Below the pieces are notes generated by a model. The model was not told the origin of the DNA and searched no databases. It saw only the letters and a program-made list of their open reading frames with translations. A stretch of 62,228 nucleotides of DNA, filler included, from Sluysia triapertura (Eukaryota): the NCBI GenBank assembly GCA_046118255.1. It is 5 parts of 5 records of this genome, joined end to end, with 100 filler letters (N's around TTAATTAATTAA, not from the genome) between each part and the next. Parts side by side here need not be neighbours in the genome. Positions count along the whole stretch, not along the records: positions 26,608 to 38,685 come from JBJNIA010141724.1; positions 38,786 to 51,237 come from JBJNIA010094448.1; 3 more parts are not named here. One strand, 5' to 3'. Position 1 is the first letter of the stretch. Every line of letters begins with the position of its first letter. The position numbers and the translations under genes are program-made. This document shows positions 26,508-41,340 of the stretch, piece by piece.

Positions 26508-26607
26508 NNNNNNNNNNNNNNNNNNNNNNNNNNNNNNNNNNNNNNNNNNNNTTAATTAATTAANNNNNNNNNNNNNNNNNNNNNNNNNNNNNNNNNNNNN
26601 NNNNNNN
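26508..26607. other. Artificial contig linker
   Basis: N44-TTAATTAATTAA-N44. Confidence 0.97.
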
Positions 26608-27099
26608 ATAATATTTAAAAACTATAATTATAATTAATAAACAACTGAGTTTAAAATTCACTAATTTATATTTTATTGTAGAAATGTAAGAACTATTAAG
26701 TTTTATTTAAAAATACATTAGGTGTTTTCGTTTAATTTAACCTTTGAAAACATTAATTAGTTTAATATTTCAATGTCTTTCATTTTTTTCAATTAATCAT
26801 TTGTATTTTATTTTTTAAATCTTTCTAGAAATACTTTCAGAATCATTATTATATTAGATATAATATTTATTTGGTGATTAATTGGTTTTAAAGTTTTAAA
26901 TTTGAATTTTAAATTTAAATTTATAAAGATTTGGTTAAAATTATCTTTATTATTATAAAACAGCAAATAAATTAAATTTATTTATAAATGAAAAGAAAAT
27001 ATCATAATAAAACACAAATTTATTACGGATACATATGGATATAAATTTTATAATAAATGTTATCAAATGTTTTATAATTTTATAATAAATATTATCAAA

Positions 27100-28407
27100 A
27101 GTCTAATGATACGAAGATTTATTAAAGAAATGATCAAAGTAAGATAATTAATTGTATATAATAAAAATAAAAATTTACTTTTGATATTAAATTGTTTCTA
27201 AGAATGTACGGTTCCACATGGTCTTTTGATTGAATCGTGTTGATTGTAAAGTTTCTGTTTGGTTCTTTAAATCTCAATGTTTCGAAGAGCTTATTTATTT
27301 GATCTATATGTTGGATGTAATTGGCGTTTCCAATTCCGCTGTGGTCAATTTCATTGATGCCATGATAATATCTGCATCTTTTACCAAACTTCAGGCATAT
27401 CCCTAATTCAATCGTCTGGGAAGTACACTGTGCTAAACGTTCGCCTTTAACAAAAGTTGAATTTGAACTAATACATGTTGGTCTAGTCATATCTTTTCTT
27501 TGATTATTTGAATGGATAATTGCATTAAATTTGTTCTTTTGTTTGCCTTTATTCAGCATACCTTGTTGCAGTTGGAAAGATAGGATTCCTTTGAGCATTC
27601 GTCACTTTACTTGAGATGATGGGATAATTGTATCATCATCTGTCGTTTCATCATATAAATTAACGTGAATACTATTTCTTACAATTATGGTTTGAACATT
27701 AAACTTAACCGTCCAACATGAAATATTATTTATTGTAAATGATAAATTTCTATGTAACACGGGATGCACTAATTGTACTTCACATTCCCTTCATGTTGCT
27801 CTAAAGATTTATGAATGGGCAAAAACATAACATTTAAAGTTTGTTTGTTGTTTCATCAGTAACATTCTGACTAAAAGTATAAATATGATTAATCATAACG
27901 AATTTAAATTCAGTTTGTTTTACATCTAAAGTTGCATTAATTGCAAATATGATTGTTCCGATATTAACGTAATAGGTAACGTGATTTTGGATACTAATAA
28001 TAAAGATTTCAACTTTATTTGTATTGATGAAGGTAATCTAGAACGACTGCAGTGAGTGTTTCTTTCTAATTTTTTGGAATCATTTGGACATAATCATAAA
28101 ATTTAACAATCCAACATTAAATTAAGAACATTTAACTTATCCCAATCTAAATTTGAATAAATTAATTTCGACTCGCGATCTACCAATGATATTACAAAAT
28201 GTCTTGTATCACTGTGATCTCCACAAATAACCACAACAGTTTCCTCGTCTGGATATACGCGACTTGATAAAATTTTAACAATACTACACTTAATTTTTTG
28301 TAAATCATCATTTACTAAAAAAGCTGTGGTATTATTTTTAATAATTTGATTAAAATCACATGCATTATTTATCATTTTTTGTAACTCTTTCTTTTTCTGG
28401 TTAACAT
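27100..28407 (-). pseudogene. Gene B copy with a TTP/ZFP36-like CCCH finger (27362-27427)
   Basis: ORF pieces 28103-28375 and 27134-27598; CTSQTIELGICLKFGKRCRYYHGINEI. Confidence 0.7.
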
Positions 28408-29262
28408 AATTTTTATAATTGTGAATGGTAATTGTCTAGTCGAATTGTGATTGGGCGTCCTATGAGTAGCAACTATTATAATATAAAAATAGAATTGATT
28501 GGATGTCCAATCACTAACTAGAAAGTATCAATTGGTAGTTATGTTGTGAAAATGAATGCCTGTCACCTCACCATGCAGTAAAAAGGAAATGACAAATGAG
28601 AAATGGTGACAAGTAATTTCAATCCATGTGGCTAGTAACAGCAAAATTCATTTTTGGTAAAAATGTTCTGTCTGGACTGACAGACATAAAATTAATGTAT
28701 ATATTATTGATAATAATTAAATTGATAACAATAAATAATAGTAATAATAATTATTATAATAAAATGGCGATACAATAAGAATAATAGTAATAATAATATA
28801 AAAGTGTAAAAGATAAAAAATAAAATGCATAAACCTTAATCTTTTAATAAAGTTCTCTTTATCTTATTTCTTTATATGAACTTTATTTTCTTAGAACATA
28901 TGAAATCAAATGAAATTTTATTTGAATTAAAATGCTTAGAATTGTTTTAAAGTGTGAGTTTAATGTTTTTCAAGGTGTTAATGATTGAGTGTTGAAGGAT
29001 TGTGAACTTAAAATGTTTCAGATTAATTTTGAATTGTATGTTTGGTAATTTGAGATGTAAACTGTGATTCTAATGTTGTGAAATTACGAAATGTACCTTA
29101 ATATAATATTTAATATATATAATTTTAATGTTATGAGATTGTGGGTTTACAATGCTTTGGAATGTAAAAACAAAAATTTTAATGGACCTGAAAGGTAAGA
29201 TGTGAGATGTTAATAATTGTAATATTCCGTGTAAATAAAGGTTGAAAAGGTTAGCCACCACA
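27100..29262 (-). mobile_element. Divergent gene-pair element, copy 2
   Basis: Terminus CCACCACA at 29255-29262; G/T-rich gene A about 28900-29250; aaaataaaatgcataaa box near 28817; inverted repeat GTGATTGGGCGTCC / GGATGTCCAATCAC at 28447-28514. Confidence 0.6.
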
Positions 29263-31329
29263 ATGAATAAATAAAGTATTACAGAGATTTGTTATAAACT
29301 ATGATGAAGGTGCGTATGTGTGTGTGCATTATAAAATTGAATAAAGAACCGCTATATTTAAAATTGAGGATCAATCTTCCGAATTTATAACGAAATTTTG
29401 TGAAGATGTGTTGTAATAGAAACAAAAATACGCTTGAATATTAAATCGAATGTTTAGGTAATGATCGAATGCCTAAAAGTAGTAAGCTATATTCAAATAA
29501 AAATAATGAAATAAGTAATTTTAAATTTTATAAACAATACATGAATTGTGAGCCATATTCGAAATGAGATATAAAAAACCTGAATAAGTAGTGAGCCACA
29601 TTAAATTCAGAATAATTTAAATTTTATTATATATTAGAAAATTTTGATATGCTAGTGTTTTTAACTATTGCGCAAATTATATAATATTAAAGTTCGCCTA
29701 AGATTAACGGTTTATGCTTAACGCGACGTTCTCGGATGATTTATTGTATTTTAATGAATGTCTATTTGGTTTATTTTCTTATTAATGCAATGTCACTTTA
29801 GGCAATTATTACGTCTTATTAATTTAATGGTTTAATTTCTATTGCTTTAATTATTACAACTCTATATTACTTTTAAAGGTCTACTATCTTTTGATTATCG
29901 CTTTATTAATTTTCTGAAATTCGATCTTTCTTATCCTTCCTTTAGAATTTAACTTTCTATTACTCTTTAACTAAAAACTTTCGTTAAAATTAATGTAATA
30001 TTCTTTCTCTAAATATACAAATTCTCTTTTTCTTTAATTCTTTAAACTACCTTTTACATTAAAATTCTTCAATTTAAATTTACAAGTTAATATCTTTAAT
30101 TCTTATTTTATTTTTCTTTTATCTTCAATTTATCAATAGAATGAAACAAGAATTCAAAACTCCAAAAATGTATTATACAAAATAACTAAGCAATGTCTGT
30201 TGATAATAATGTTCTAACGTTTTATTTAATTTTAACAAAGAAATTGTCTCTAGCGAAACTAGAGATTATTTATAAGAGTTTAAGTATCAATATCATGTCT
30301 CTTAACACAGACAAAAAACTTACAACTATAAACTTACAAAATTTTAGAAAACAAAACTGATCTGGTGAAAAGATTTCTCTCGAATGTTAAATGGAAGTAT
30401 ATAGTGCAACATGATCACTCCGATTAATTAGATTCAGGAATAAAAAACTCGAACGATTCAGAAACACGAACTAATAAAAACTGTCTCGGACAATAATTGA
30501 GTTCAATTACAAAAATCACGAATGTCTAAAAGTGCATGGAGAATAGACCACGACAGAGTAACTAATTTTTGTGGTGAGTTTTATACCTTAAACTCAGCTT
30601 TTTATTCCAAATCAATCATTTACTAATTTTAAAGTTAATTAAAATTAAATGAAGTTTTATTTATTTGTCAAATTTCCTTTTTGTGTTCAGTTAAGTTTAA
30701 TGCTTTTTTGTTTACTTAATTAATTTAAATTTATATTTACACTCATTAAATCAATTAAAGCCGAAGTGAGCTTTGTTTAGTTTATAAATTAATATTTATT
30801 TTTCATTTAGTGAAACCAATTTCATTATTTTTTTTATTTTATAATTCCATCTTACTTTTGATGGTGCACCCTACGGGTACATAAACTGAAGTTGAATAAT
30901 AATCAGAATTTTGTATATTGAAAATTTTATCAATTTTGTATAGAATATCGTATGATGGAAATTTGTATTAAAATTTTACTAAACGTTTTTATATTTATAT
31001 GGACTCTCTCATTTGATATTTAGTTTTATATTAAATTTTTTGAATAATTTATTGGATAATTAATACGAATCATTCAAATATAAATACTAAGGGAAACATC
31101 GTAAGTGCGATAAGTTCAGAAGAATGAGTATTACAGATTAAAATAAAATTAATACGTAACACATATAATAATCTAAATTAATACCGATGTTGCTTAAGAA
31201 AGACTAAAACGCAACGAACATTTTCATTAAACATACGTTTGAGAAAATTTACAAAGCAATAAAAATAAAAATTAAGATAAAATAATAAAATATTGAATTT
31301 TAATAATTATATTTTAAAATTATAATATT

Positions 31330-31620
31330 AGTTTAGATTGGTGTATGATAAGATTTTTGAAGATATAAAGATCGCATAAAGGTTATTGATGATATGAAAG
31401 TGTGTAAGGATGTGAAGATATAATAGTTGCACGTATCTATTGATGTTGTAAAGATTTTCAAAAGTATGTTATGGTTTGTAATTTTGGATAGTTGCGAGTT
31501 AAAATTTACCGTGTAATTAAATATGAGATAATAAAGGAGGGCACTCCTTGTTGCATAATTCTTTATTATAGGCATATACCTTAATGTTAAAAAAACAATT
31601 TTAGACCCTACCACCCATAA
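31330..31620 (+). repeat. G/T-skewed gene-A-like fragment
   Basis: Same compositional skew, preceded by an A-rich spacer and ending in ccaccc. Similarity judged by eye only. Confidence 0.3.
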
Positions 31621-34600
31621 AATTTAACATAAAGACAGTAATTTTAATTTGAATATTTAATTCGAATTTGAAAGACATTCGCCGACCAAGAAATGGCGAA
31701 ATACTCGTACTATTTCGAGCAATTTATTATATTACCTACAAAATACAAGATATCAAGCTTTGCTTAATATTTTCAATTTATTATAGTGCTTTATATATTG
31801 TTTTACAGCTTTGTTTATTAATAACAGTTTGTTGACCCTATTAAATTGATTTTGCTTTTGCATTGTTAAAGTTTTAAAATTATTCACATAGATAAATTTA
31901 ATTTTTTATACCCTCCTTAATAATTTGGCCCGTGGTATCCATTTACGAATACTTGACGAATACTGTAGATTAACCCATTTAAATATTATTTTGCAAACCA
32001 GATTAATACAAAACCAAAGCGTAAAATTTAACACTCTTTAGTATAGGAGCATAGTTATTCGAATATTTCATCAAATATCTCATAATTATTACTCGTTTAT
32101 ATTGTCAAATTTATTTATTCTCATTACATAGTAAGCTTGACCGTTGATTGGAATTATTGATATTACTTAATTTTATATTTTAATTCTTTGACTATCACAG
32201 TTATTTCTTGATGTTACTTCTATTCTGAGCATTAATTGATGTTCTTATTTTACCATGTTTCCATGCAACTAGAGTAATTATAAAACGTCACCTACAAAAA
32301 TAGCCCACCAATAACCATATGACAAATAAATTCTTATGTGCGTGTTTTGGTGCTACAATAATTTAGTGATTAAAAAAAGTCCTAATTGTAAAATTTTTCT
32401 CATCAATTTTAGGAAATTCGCATATTTTTTTAAATTAAATTTTTCTTTAGAACATTCAAAGATAAATAATTTGGAGATTAAAAACATTATTGAAATTATT
32501 AATTTTTATATATATTTTAAAGTCCATTTAGGTTAAGTAATAATGCAAATCAAAAAGTACTTTCAAGAAATCATGTACAAATGATACCTTTGATGGAATT
32601 AATAACCAATAGAATGAATAATTTACCATAAAAATATCGCAAAATGTATATTGAAGCAAAATAGATATCGAATATAAAATAATATAATATAATATAGTAA
32701 AGAAATTATTAATTGTTTTATAGTGCAGCCAATGAAGTTCGACTTTAGCGACCTTCAGAGTCTAATAAATCATCATCACACTGTATTGATGAGAATCTCA
32801 ATGACTTTGTAATGGAAATTAAATTGTCTCGAAATATCGTTCTTATCAGGCGTATCAAGAGGGACATTGAAGTTGGTGTACTAGGTGTAAAATAGGTAGA
32901 TACTGAAACTGTATTAAAATTCAAAGTGCTTGGTTTCAATTTTGTATACATTAAAAGTTTAACAAATAAAACAATAATAATAATGATGTTGATAAAGGTC
33001 GTTTTTAATATTACCATAATCAAATTGATATTATCATTCATTTTTATTTATCTTTATTACAATGTTATAATGAATGACTTCTTTTAACAGTTTTAAATAC
33101 TTATTTTGCGGTAGATATTATTTATGTTAGAATGTGTATAATGTGAAGTAGAAGGTAATGTGAAACTTATGGATGGTAGTGATTATGAGAGACATGATCT
33201 GTTTTATGTGTGAAATCATGTAATAAAGTTAATACATATTTAATGAAAATATTTTATTCCAGTCTTAAGTACTGCTTAATTAATCTACAGTGCTCCTTCA
33301 ATTAATCGCATTACTAAATACAAACTGCACTTTATTATTTTTTATTGTATTACTTCAATGTTAACATCATTATTAGCAACGAACACAGCCCCATTATTCT
33401 TAACAGTCGCTCTGTCAATTAACACTCCAATTTTGTTTTATTATAATAGCGATAATAAAATAATAATATTAAGAATAGTTTCGTTTAGACAAGGTTTAGG
33501 GATTTCCAGTTACGAAATTTAGACGACCGTGATTTTCCTATTTCTAAATTATTTTTAGATTTCTATGTGATGAAATGTATTATTATTTTATTACATTTTC
33601 TGTTAATTAGGTCATCTAGGCCCTTAATAAAAATCATAATAAACGGGAATCAATAATTACATTAAAAATGTCAAAAATTATTATTTTTAAAAATATAACA
33701 AAAAATTGCTCATTATTTTGCTACCCATAAACATAATTATTCCAGTGAACAATACTGTTATTTTATACAAAGTTATTTTATTATGGTTTTGGTAAAGCGT
33801 TTACCTTCAGCGAATTGTGAACCGTATATCTGAAGCTGATGTTTGCTCTGCTACGGCATTAGAATTGTTAAGAAAAATGACACCAATGAGTGTAAAACTT
33901 CATCAAATGAAGCAGCAAACAATAAAAGGAAGTCCATAATTTAAATTGACTTAATTCCTATAAGGTACACAAATTATAAGAAAAGTGCATTATAAATGTA
34001 GCTTCAAGTAAAAACACAATATTTATGCAGATGTTTGCCTATTATTTTTTGTAATGCCTTCAGAAATTTCGGATAAACGACGTTATGAGCTAAATAGTGA
34101 TTCCTCTGTGGCAAAAGAACTAAATATATATTTGGAAATGAAGTAACTATCTTATTTTATATTTTATTTCTACTACTGCATATATTAATGAAGTGACAAG
34201 CTAATCAGAGCAGCTAAATGCGAGATTTTATACAAAATAAAACAATTTCTTTTAAACCAGGTTAAATACTATTGTTATTGTTATATTCAACATTCGGAAA
34301 TAGTTTTTAAGTTACTTAAATGACATTGTTCCTTTTTCAATACAATTTACACGATTCAACTTCAAGTCATCAGAAAATGTAACATAAACTTTAAAATATC
34401 AATATATCATATTTCCTAAGCAGATTAAATCACCGTACACTTACTTTTTAACATATCCACGGACCCTTTTGTGAGGGTCTTACTATCAACAAGGTAACTT
34501 TAGAAAATGCAGCATCTCTTTTAATCATTTTAAACTTAATGTTTTTGGAGTTGCCTACAAATCACTCTGTCAAATTTTTTGAGTGATAAGGGTTAATATA

Positions 34601-37091
34601 ATAATAATGATAATTATTATATTAAAAACCAATATTTATAAAATAATAAAGTGTAATAATTATTATTATAAAACATATAGGGACGTAAAGTCCATTATCA
34701 ATAAATAATAAATTAATAACTGAAGAACGTAACGCCAATATCTAATTAATTATAAATATTTAAGGCATGACGCCTGTTAGGTTGTCATCACAATCCTTTA
34801 AAATCTTTAAAAATTTCAATAGATAAAATTAAATTATAAAAAAGGTAATAATTTTCGAAAAAATAAAAAAAGTTTTCTTAAATAGAAACCTAAAATTCTA
34901 AAATTTTCGAGAAACTCAATTTTGATTGGCTGATGATCAACATATAAATTGGCTTCAGTAAATTTACAGTCAAACAAAATTAATAGCATCAATTTACTTA
35001 TGCTGGAGTAGGACTTCATGTGGACCATCAACCATTCACAATTGATTTGCTTTTAGCATAGAACTTTCGCACTTATAAATTTTTAAGAGTTAACAATTTT
35101 TGGAATTCTAATTTTTAAAGAAGATCAGTTTGATTCCTGTTTAGAAAATACGTTTTTTCAATCCCGGGATTTTATTTGAAGATCACTTTCTTTTTTGGAA
35201 AATATAATTCATTAAATCCGTCAGTTTGTGTTTGTAGGGACAGTTTTAAAATACACTCATATTATTTATTAATTCCGCTATAATCCTGATATAAAATGAG
35301 GGGAAACTTATTTTTAAGTTTAAATATCATAAAATTAAAGGCCTACAAAGGTTTTAATTTAAAATTATACTTTATTGTCTTTTCTCTTTAAATTATATAA
35401 CATTTTTCGAAGCTTTTGTGAATTAATAAACATTAAAAAGTTGTTTTTGTTATTTTCCAACAATTGTTTGGTTGTTCGAACATTAAACTATCAGGCAGAG
35501 ACCTTCGATAAAGTACAATTTTTAAAAGTGTATTAAACAATTATATATAAATTAAATTGTATAGGTAAATAAGTAGGTTAAGCCTTTAAATAGATTATTA
35601 TGTTTAATTATTTATTAATTATTTAATTATTTATAAGTAGAATAAATAAATAAACAAAATAGTCATTGTCTTTCCATCGCAGAAGAACTATTTTCGCTCT
35701 GTACCAAAAAAAGATCATTATCTTTACACCATAAAACCAAGATATAAATTGTTTCTAAATTGCTCATGTGTATTTACCATTCGATTCGGAATCCCAGCTT
35801 CGCGCAATTTGCCATATTACTGGAACTATGACATTGGTTAACTAGATATTAGAATTTCGTATGTTTATATTTAGTAAGATTCCTTTGATTAAGTTAAAGT
35901 TTAATATTTGATTCATGCTCTAAATTTACTTTTAGAATAGTTTAACGCTACTGAAAAAATTCTTCGTAAAATTCATAATAAAAAATATTTAAGCTTGTTC
36001 TTAATATTATTGAACGTACTGAACACAATATTTTAACAGGAAGGTTAATAATGATAAAAAATACATTACAAGATATGTGGCATTTTCTTAATAAAAATTT
36101 TTCTTAAATTTAATACTTTCAATTTTCAAAAAAAGTTAAAATTTCGTAATGTAAATAAAATCATAAAAAGTATAAAGCCATTCACAAATTGGTGTCAGGA
36201 GGAAAATCCAAACATCTTAATTAAATTTGAATCTTTCAATATTGTTAATTTTTTTAATAACATTAATTGTGACGATAATAACGATGGTAATAACAATTAT
36301 AATTATTATTATTATAATTATCATTGTAGTGAAAAGTGATTAATATTTTTAATTCAAAAGTCACAAAAGTTTGTGAAACAGATCACAGAAAATTTAAATA
36401 AAAAGGTAGTGCATATTAAAAATAAATCCTATAGGGCTGCCTTTCATCACAACCCTTTTGTTGAATGGTTGATGACGGTCAATTTTCTAGTTCCAAGAAA
36501 TGATAAAATAACAATAATATAGCAATTGGGATAATAAAGACATGATTACGATGATAATAATAATAATAATCGTTTTATTCAAATGCATATTTATTTGTGT
36601 ATATTACTTGTTTATGCAAATAATTATATTATTAATTATAAATGCGAAAAAATGAATATAAATAAAGCAAGGTTGTTATAACCATAACATAATTTTAGGA
36701 GCTAAAACGTAACAATTGGAGATTTTTGTCGATTTGTGGATCGAAGATTTTAACTTAAAAATGAGCATAAAATTAAGTAAGCTTTATTTAAATAAGTTTT
36801 TATCTTGTTTAAGGCAAGATTTAAATTAAATTCAAAAGCTCATACATTTGTACAACTAGTTTGAGACTAGTTTTAAAATCGAATTTAAAATATATTAACA
36901 TTATAATTTTATTTTATGTACATTCATTGATTTGTATTTCGAATTATAACTTTCACTTGATTTCTTAAATTTTACATTGAAACGAAATTTGGTCGCAAGG
37001 ATTATTGTATAGATACTACATAATGATTATACGAATCAACATAGAGTTATTACGTACAGAGTAACTATTAAAGAAGTTATCTAGTAAATTG

Positions 37092-37138
<47 letters not shown>

Positions 37139-37309
37139 TTGTCTAAGACGAAGTTTATTGTTAATTGCATAAGTTCTTATAAGAAAAGCCTCCAGGTACG
37201 TCTTTCTTAGGAATTTAAATCGTTTACTAAATGTGGACCCGCTTGTAATATAAAATAAGATTTACAGAAAAATTTAGCACTTTAAACTCTTAAAATATAC
37301 AAAAATAAT

Positions 37310-37428
37310 GTTAATTTTCGAAAAAAGAAGATAACATTATCTATAAAAGAAATCGAAAATTCTAGATCATTCTAGAAATTCCCTTGACTAGCATAAATAT
37401 ACTAGCATCAGTTTAGTTAGAATCACAA
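37310..37428 (+). repeat. HSE-carrying dispersed repeat, copy 2 (HSE at 37354-37383)
   Basis: GAA aa TTC ta GAT ca TTC ta GAA at TCC followed by cataaata and atcagtt; inverted match to 942-1075. Confidence 0.65.
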
Positions 37429-38611
37429 TTTAATAACACAATTTAATAACACAATTTAATGATTTTATTGGTAATCAGACTTGGAGTAAACGATTTTCAA
37501 AAAGATTACGGAAATTTTTATGCCAATTCAATAATTTCAGTATTCATACAATATTTAGTTATTCCACCTGCGATTTACTCAGTTATTTCTGTTGAGGTTG
37601 TTGTAACTTTTGAAGTTAAAACTTTAAAGTGCACTAAAAATAAATTTTATCTAACATTTCTGATCCCCGATTTATTGAGGGATAAAATCATTTCTAAAAT
37701 ACTGTATATTTATAAATATTAAAGACTTCAACAAGGTTCCAATTTTAAATTACTTCATTTTTAAGCAGCAAGACTAATTCTCCAAGTTGGAAGATCTCAT
37801 GTAACACCTTATCTTAAGGAATTACATTGGTTGCCAATAAAAGCAAGAATAGAATTCAAAACCATGACAATAATTTACAAATGCGCTTAGAAATAATAAA
37901 AAATTTGGAAACCAAGATGAATATTTCATTGAGACATAATCATAATCTATACAGAATCCATAGTGATAATAATCGAGGTGATAGGTTGTATAGCGTTTAT
38001 GTACTACCCGAGAATGTCAAAATACTGGAAGATTATGAAATATTTAAGAAGACAAAGTTGTTTCGGTTTCAGAAATATTAAAGCGAATGATTTATTTTAA
38101 GCGCTTTTGAGTACTTACTTTGCAGTAGATACGAGCGCAATATAAATTAATAATAATATTATAACCAATGCTAAAGTACAAATCAAATATAACTTAATCA
38201 TCAATTGACTTTACGGAGAACTGATAACATAAAATCCAGAGAAGACGCAAATGAACCATGCCTTGAATCTATCGCACACTTTCCACTCAATGTCGTTAAA
38301 CGAAACAAAATCCCAATAATTTTATAGTGAAATTACAAATGAAATTAACTCGCTTAATTAACTTTTAATCACATGATTCTCTAAAATCTATAATTAACAA
38401 ATAATACATACATTCAATTCATTTATTGCCACGAAATCGGCACTCATTTACTCAAACTAAATTAGAGTAGACCTGACAAGCTTTGTTAAATAGCCAATCA
38501 TCAACTTAAATTTTGATTTGACGTAAAACATTGGAAAAATGTGTGAATAAAAATTATTTTAAATTATTTTTGGCTTACTTTTTTGGCGTTTGTTATTTTT
38601 CATTTATGGAC

Positions 38612-38614
<3 letters not shown>

Positions 38615-38685
<71 letters not shown>
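38615..38685. repeat. (TAT)n microsatellite at a contig end
   Basis: Direct read. Confidence 0.95.
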
Positions 38686-38785
38686 NNNNNNNNNNNNNNN
38701 NNNNNNNNNNNNNNNNNNNNNNNNNNNNNTTAATTAATTAANNNNNNNNNNNNNNNNNNNNNNNNNNNNNNNNNNNNNNNNNNNN
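38686..38785. other. Artificial contig linker
   Basis: N44-TTAATTAATTAA-N44. Confidence 0.97.
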
Positions 38786-39601
38786 GGTGTTATTTGTGCT
38801 TCAAATCTTGTTCCAAAGCCACAAGAAGTCAACGCTGGAACATGGATTTTTTTGGTCCAGATTTTAGGATTCAAACGTGAAATCTCACTTCGACAAGATG
38901 TCCTACAGTATTTTATTATTGACCTTCCTTTTATTATCGTATATTACTTAAAAAAATATTTCAAATTCACTATATTTATGTCTCGAATCTTTTTAAATAT
39001 TAAAATCAGATCAATGTATTATATAGGAGTATCTAATAGTCTAAACTTATTTGAATTATACGTTCTGAGTCAAGACGCTTATGAAACCTTGATCGACGCG
39101 TATAACTACGACCAATGTATACATAGAGCAGTAGTAATTGATATTTCATTAAGACGCTATTTTAAAAAGGATCATATTTTGCCTATAATGGGTAATTTTG
39201 AAATAGACTCTAATAATTTTAGTCAATTCATAGAGTGTGACGACTTAAATTTGAATGTATCGATTACCATTGAAGATTGTGCTAGAGTTCTTCAGTTGGA
39301 TTCAAAAAGTGCAACTCCATTCTGTAGCCCTTTTGTGGGTCATTTTGAGTTGAGTGTTTTCCAAGTAGTTTTTAAAATTTCCAATAGAGTTGTGCAATAT
39401 AATAGTTTAAACTTTAAGGTTTTGTTTACCATATTAGAATTCAGTAAAGACTTTGATTTATGTCTTGATTATTTTAAATTTTCGTTTGAAGGCTTATTTT
39501 TATTATTTATGTTTTGGCGTGCCAAATCCGCTGTCGTATTCCCAATGACTTATGTAACATATGATATCTTATATATAGTTTTGTATTTTTACGTAATCTA
39601 A
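38786..39601 (+). CDS. Orphan open frame of 271 codons, open from the contig edge
   Basis: Stop-free from 38786 to 39601; no recognisable domain. Confidence 0.3.
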   Translation, partial: GVICASNLVPKPQEVNAGTWIFLVQILGFKREISLRQDVLQYFIIDLPFIIVYYLKKYFKFTIFMSRIFLNIKIRSMYYIGVSNSLNLFELYVLSQDAYETLIDAYNYDQCIHRAVVIDISLRRYFKKDHILPIMGNFEIDSNNFSQFIECDDLNLNVSITIEDCARVLQLDSKSATPFCSPFVGHFELSVFQVVFKISNRVVQYNSLNFKVLFTILEFSKDFDLCLDYFKFSFEGLFLLFMFWRAKSAVVFPMTYVTYDILYIVLYFYVI

Positions 39602-40119
39602 TTCTTTATTGTCCACGTTTATCCATTTTTTGGAGTGGGGGTTGAACGAGGTTTTCCTTGATTTACTTTCTTTTGTCATAGTTTGTTGTTTAGGAAGATT
39701 AAGAGCTGATTATATAAGTTCGTCTATTGATTAGTTCATTTAATTCTGCCTGTAATATTTCACAATAACTTTAATCAGTTCTCATTGGTCAGCAACTGCA
39801 AGTCTTCTTTTGATTAGTCAGCTTTTTGATTAGTCATCCCCATCCCCACTAAGGAAAGAGAATAAACTTCTAATTTCTTCTAAATCTATCGTTAAACGTA
39901 TGGCAGGTTTCAATAAGAGTTTCTGATTCTTTAAAATTACTGTCAAAAGATTCTGAACATTGTTAGACTGTGTTTGTGTTTTACTTTTATATTTATCAAT
40001 GCTTTCTCTTTTTTATAGCATTATTTTCAGTGTCACTGATTTCTTCGTGATCTCTCTATTCATCCGTATTCATCATTCGTATCATTCGTTCTTTATCAGT
40101 ACAGCAGATGTTCTTCTTT

Positions 40120-41340
40120 GAATTATCCCATTGTCACTGTCGGCATTCGTTTTCTCAAATAGTTACTGTCACTCACAATTAGAACACCATCATTAGACGA
40201 GTCGTCACAAGATCGGATTACTGGAACTACTACTAGTCGAGTCGCGACAACTGGGAATAAGATACTGAAACAATGTCCACTTAGACTCGGGTTCAAGTTG
40301 AACATAAATATTATCGATTGTCCAATTGACAAAGGACTTGCTCCAGTACACGAATACTGGATGCGAGGGTTACTGGCGGTAATACAGTGTTATCGATCTT
40401 TCATACCGTCGCTAGGGTACAGAAAGGCAGAGAAAATGTGGCTCTGATAATATTAACAACGATGTTTGATATAAGTTATACTTGGTTCGAAAATTGATAA
40501 GAAATTTCATTATCATTATAACTTAGCCTAGAGTCACGTTGAACAATTATGGAATGTTAAATGCGAGGTAAATTGATAAGTTTATTATTTATGTTACGGG
40601 ATAAGTTGGAACACAACACGGAGAACTTGATTAACCTACTAACTTGTCGCACAATCTTCTCACAGTATTTTTGAAGAACGTGCACCAATAATCCATACAG
40701 ACAAAAATACGTATCGCGCTCGATTCCACATACCACACGTCCTACTCGTTGTGCAAGTATGGTTACGTCCAATCCGGTCACCGAATATGTTAGGTGCTGT
40801 AATTAGTAATCGCTGATGATATAACCTATTTGAATTCACTTTATCCATCCGCAGTATGAGATGTGTGCCAGATGTCTTGATGTAGGCCTTACATACGACC
40901 TTAAATTAAAATGTAAACTTTCCTTTGATTATTTTTGTTTGTATAGTAAACAAAATTGTTTATTGTTATTGCTTCTGAATACAAAAGAAAATGTTTTGAA
41001 ATAAACAAACTTTGAAGAGTTTCATTAAAAAAGGCCCCCTCTGACCATTGACCATTCACATAATTTCTGACATGCGGCGCCACCGCCTCCTCATCTGTAT
41101 GATAAAACTTGACTCGTGATGTGACTGGATCCTCAAGAATGTGTTCCACTTCTGTGCAATTCGAGCATCATTTCATTTTCATCTTAATATGAATGGTCAT
41201 CACCGAGTCGCTCGGGAGATTCCCCATTTAATAAACATTGTCCCTGGTTTCACATTTGGAATTATTGATTGTGCAACTCATTCCGAACTTGCGACCCAAG
41301 TCTTGGTTTAGCCATTTCCATCAGAGCGTCTTTGTTTATT
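40120..41340 (-). pseudogene. Decayed DNA-transposase-like region
   Basis: HILEDPVTSRVKFYH...QWSEG and LVVVPVIRSCDDSSN resemble the PIxLxxDDTSGN motif of CACTA/Plavaka-like transposases; many stops. Confidence 0.4.

Noticed and set aside
21630-30880. PBS-like TGGCGCC (21636) and TGGTGCACCCTACGGG (about 30862)
   Set aside because: No adjacent definable LTR end or gag-pol sequence.
32720-34142. Exon-like fragments (RIVNRISEADVC..., PSEISDKRRYEL...)
   Set aside because: Stops and no family assignment.
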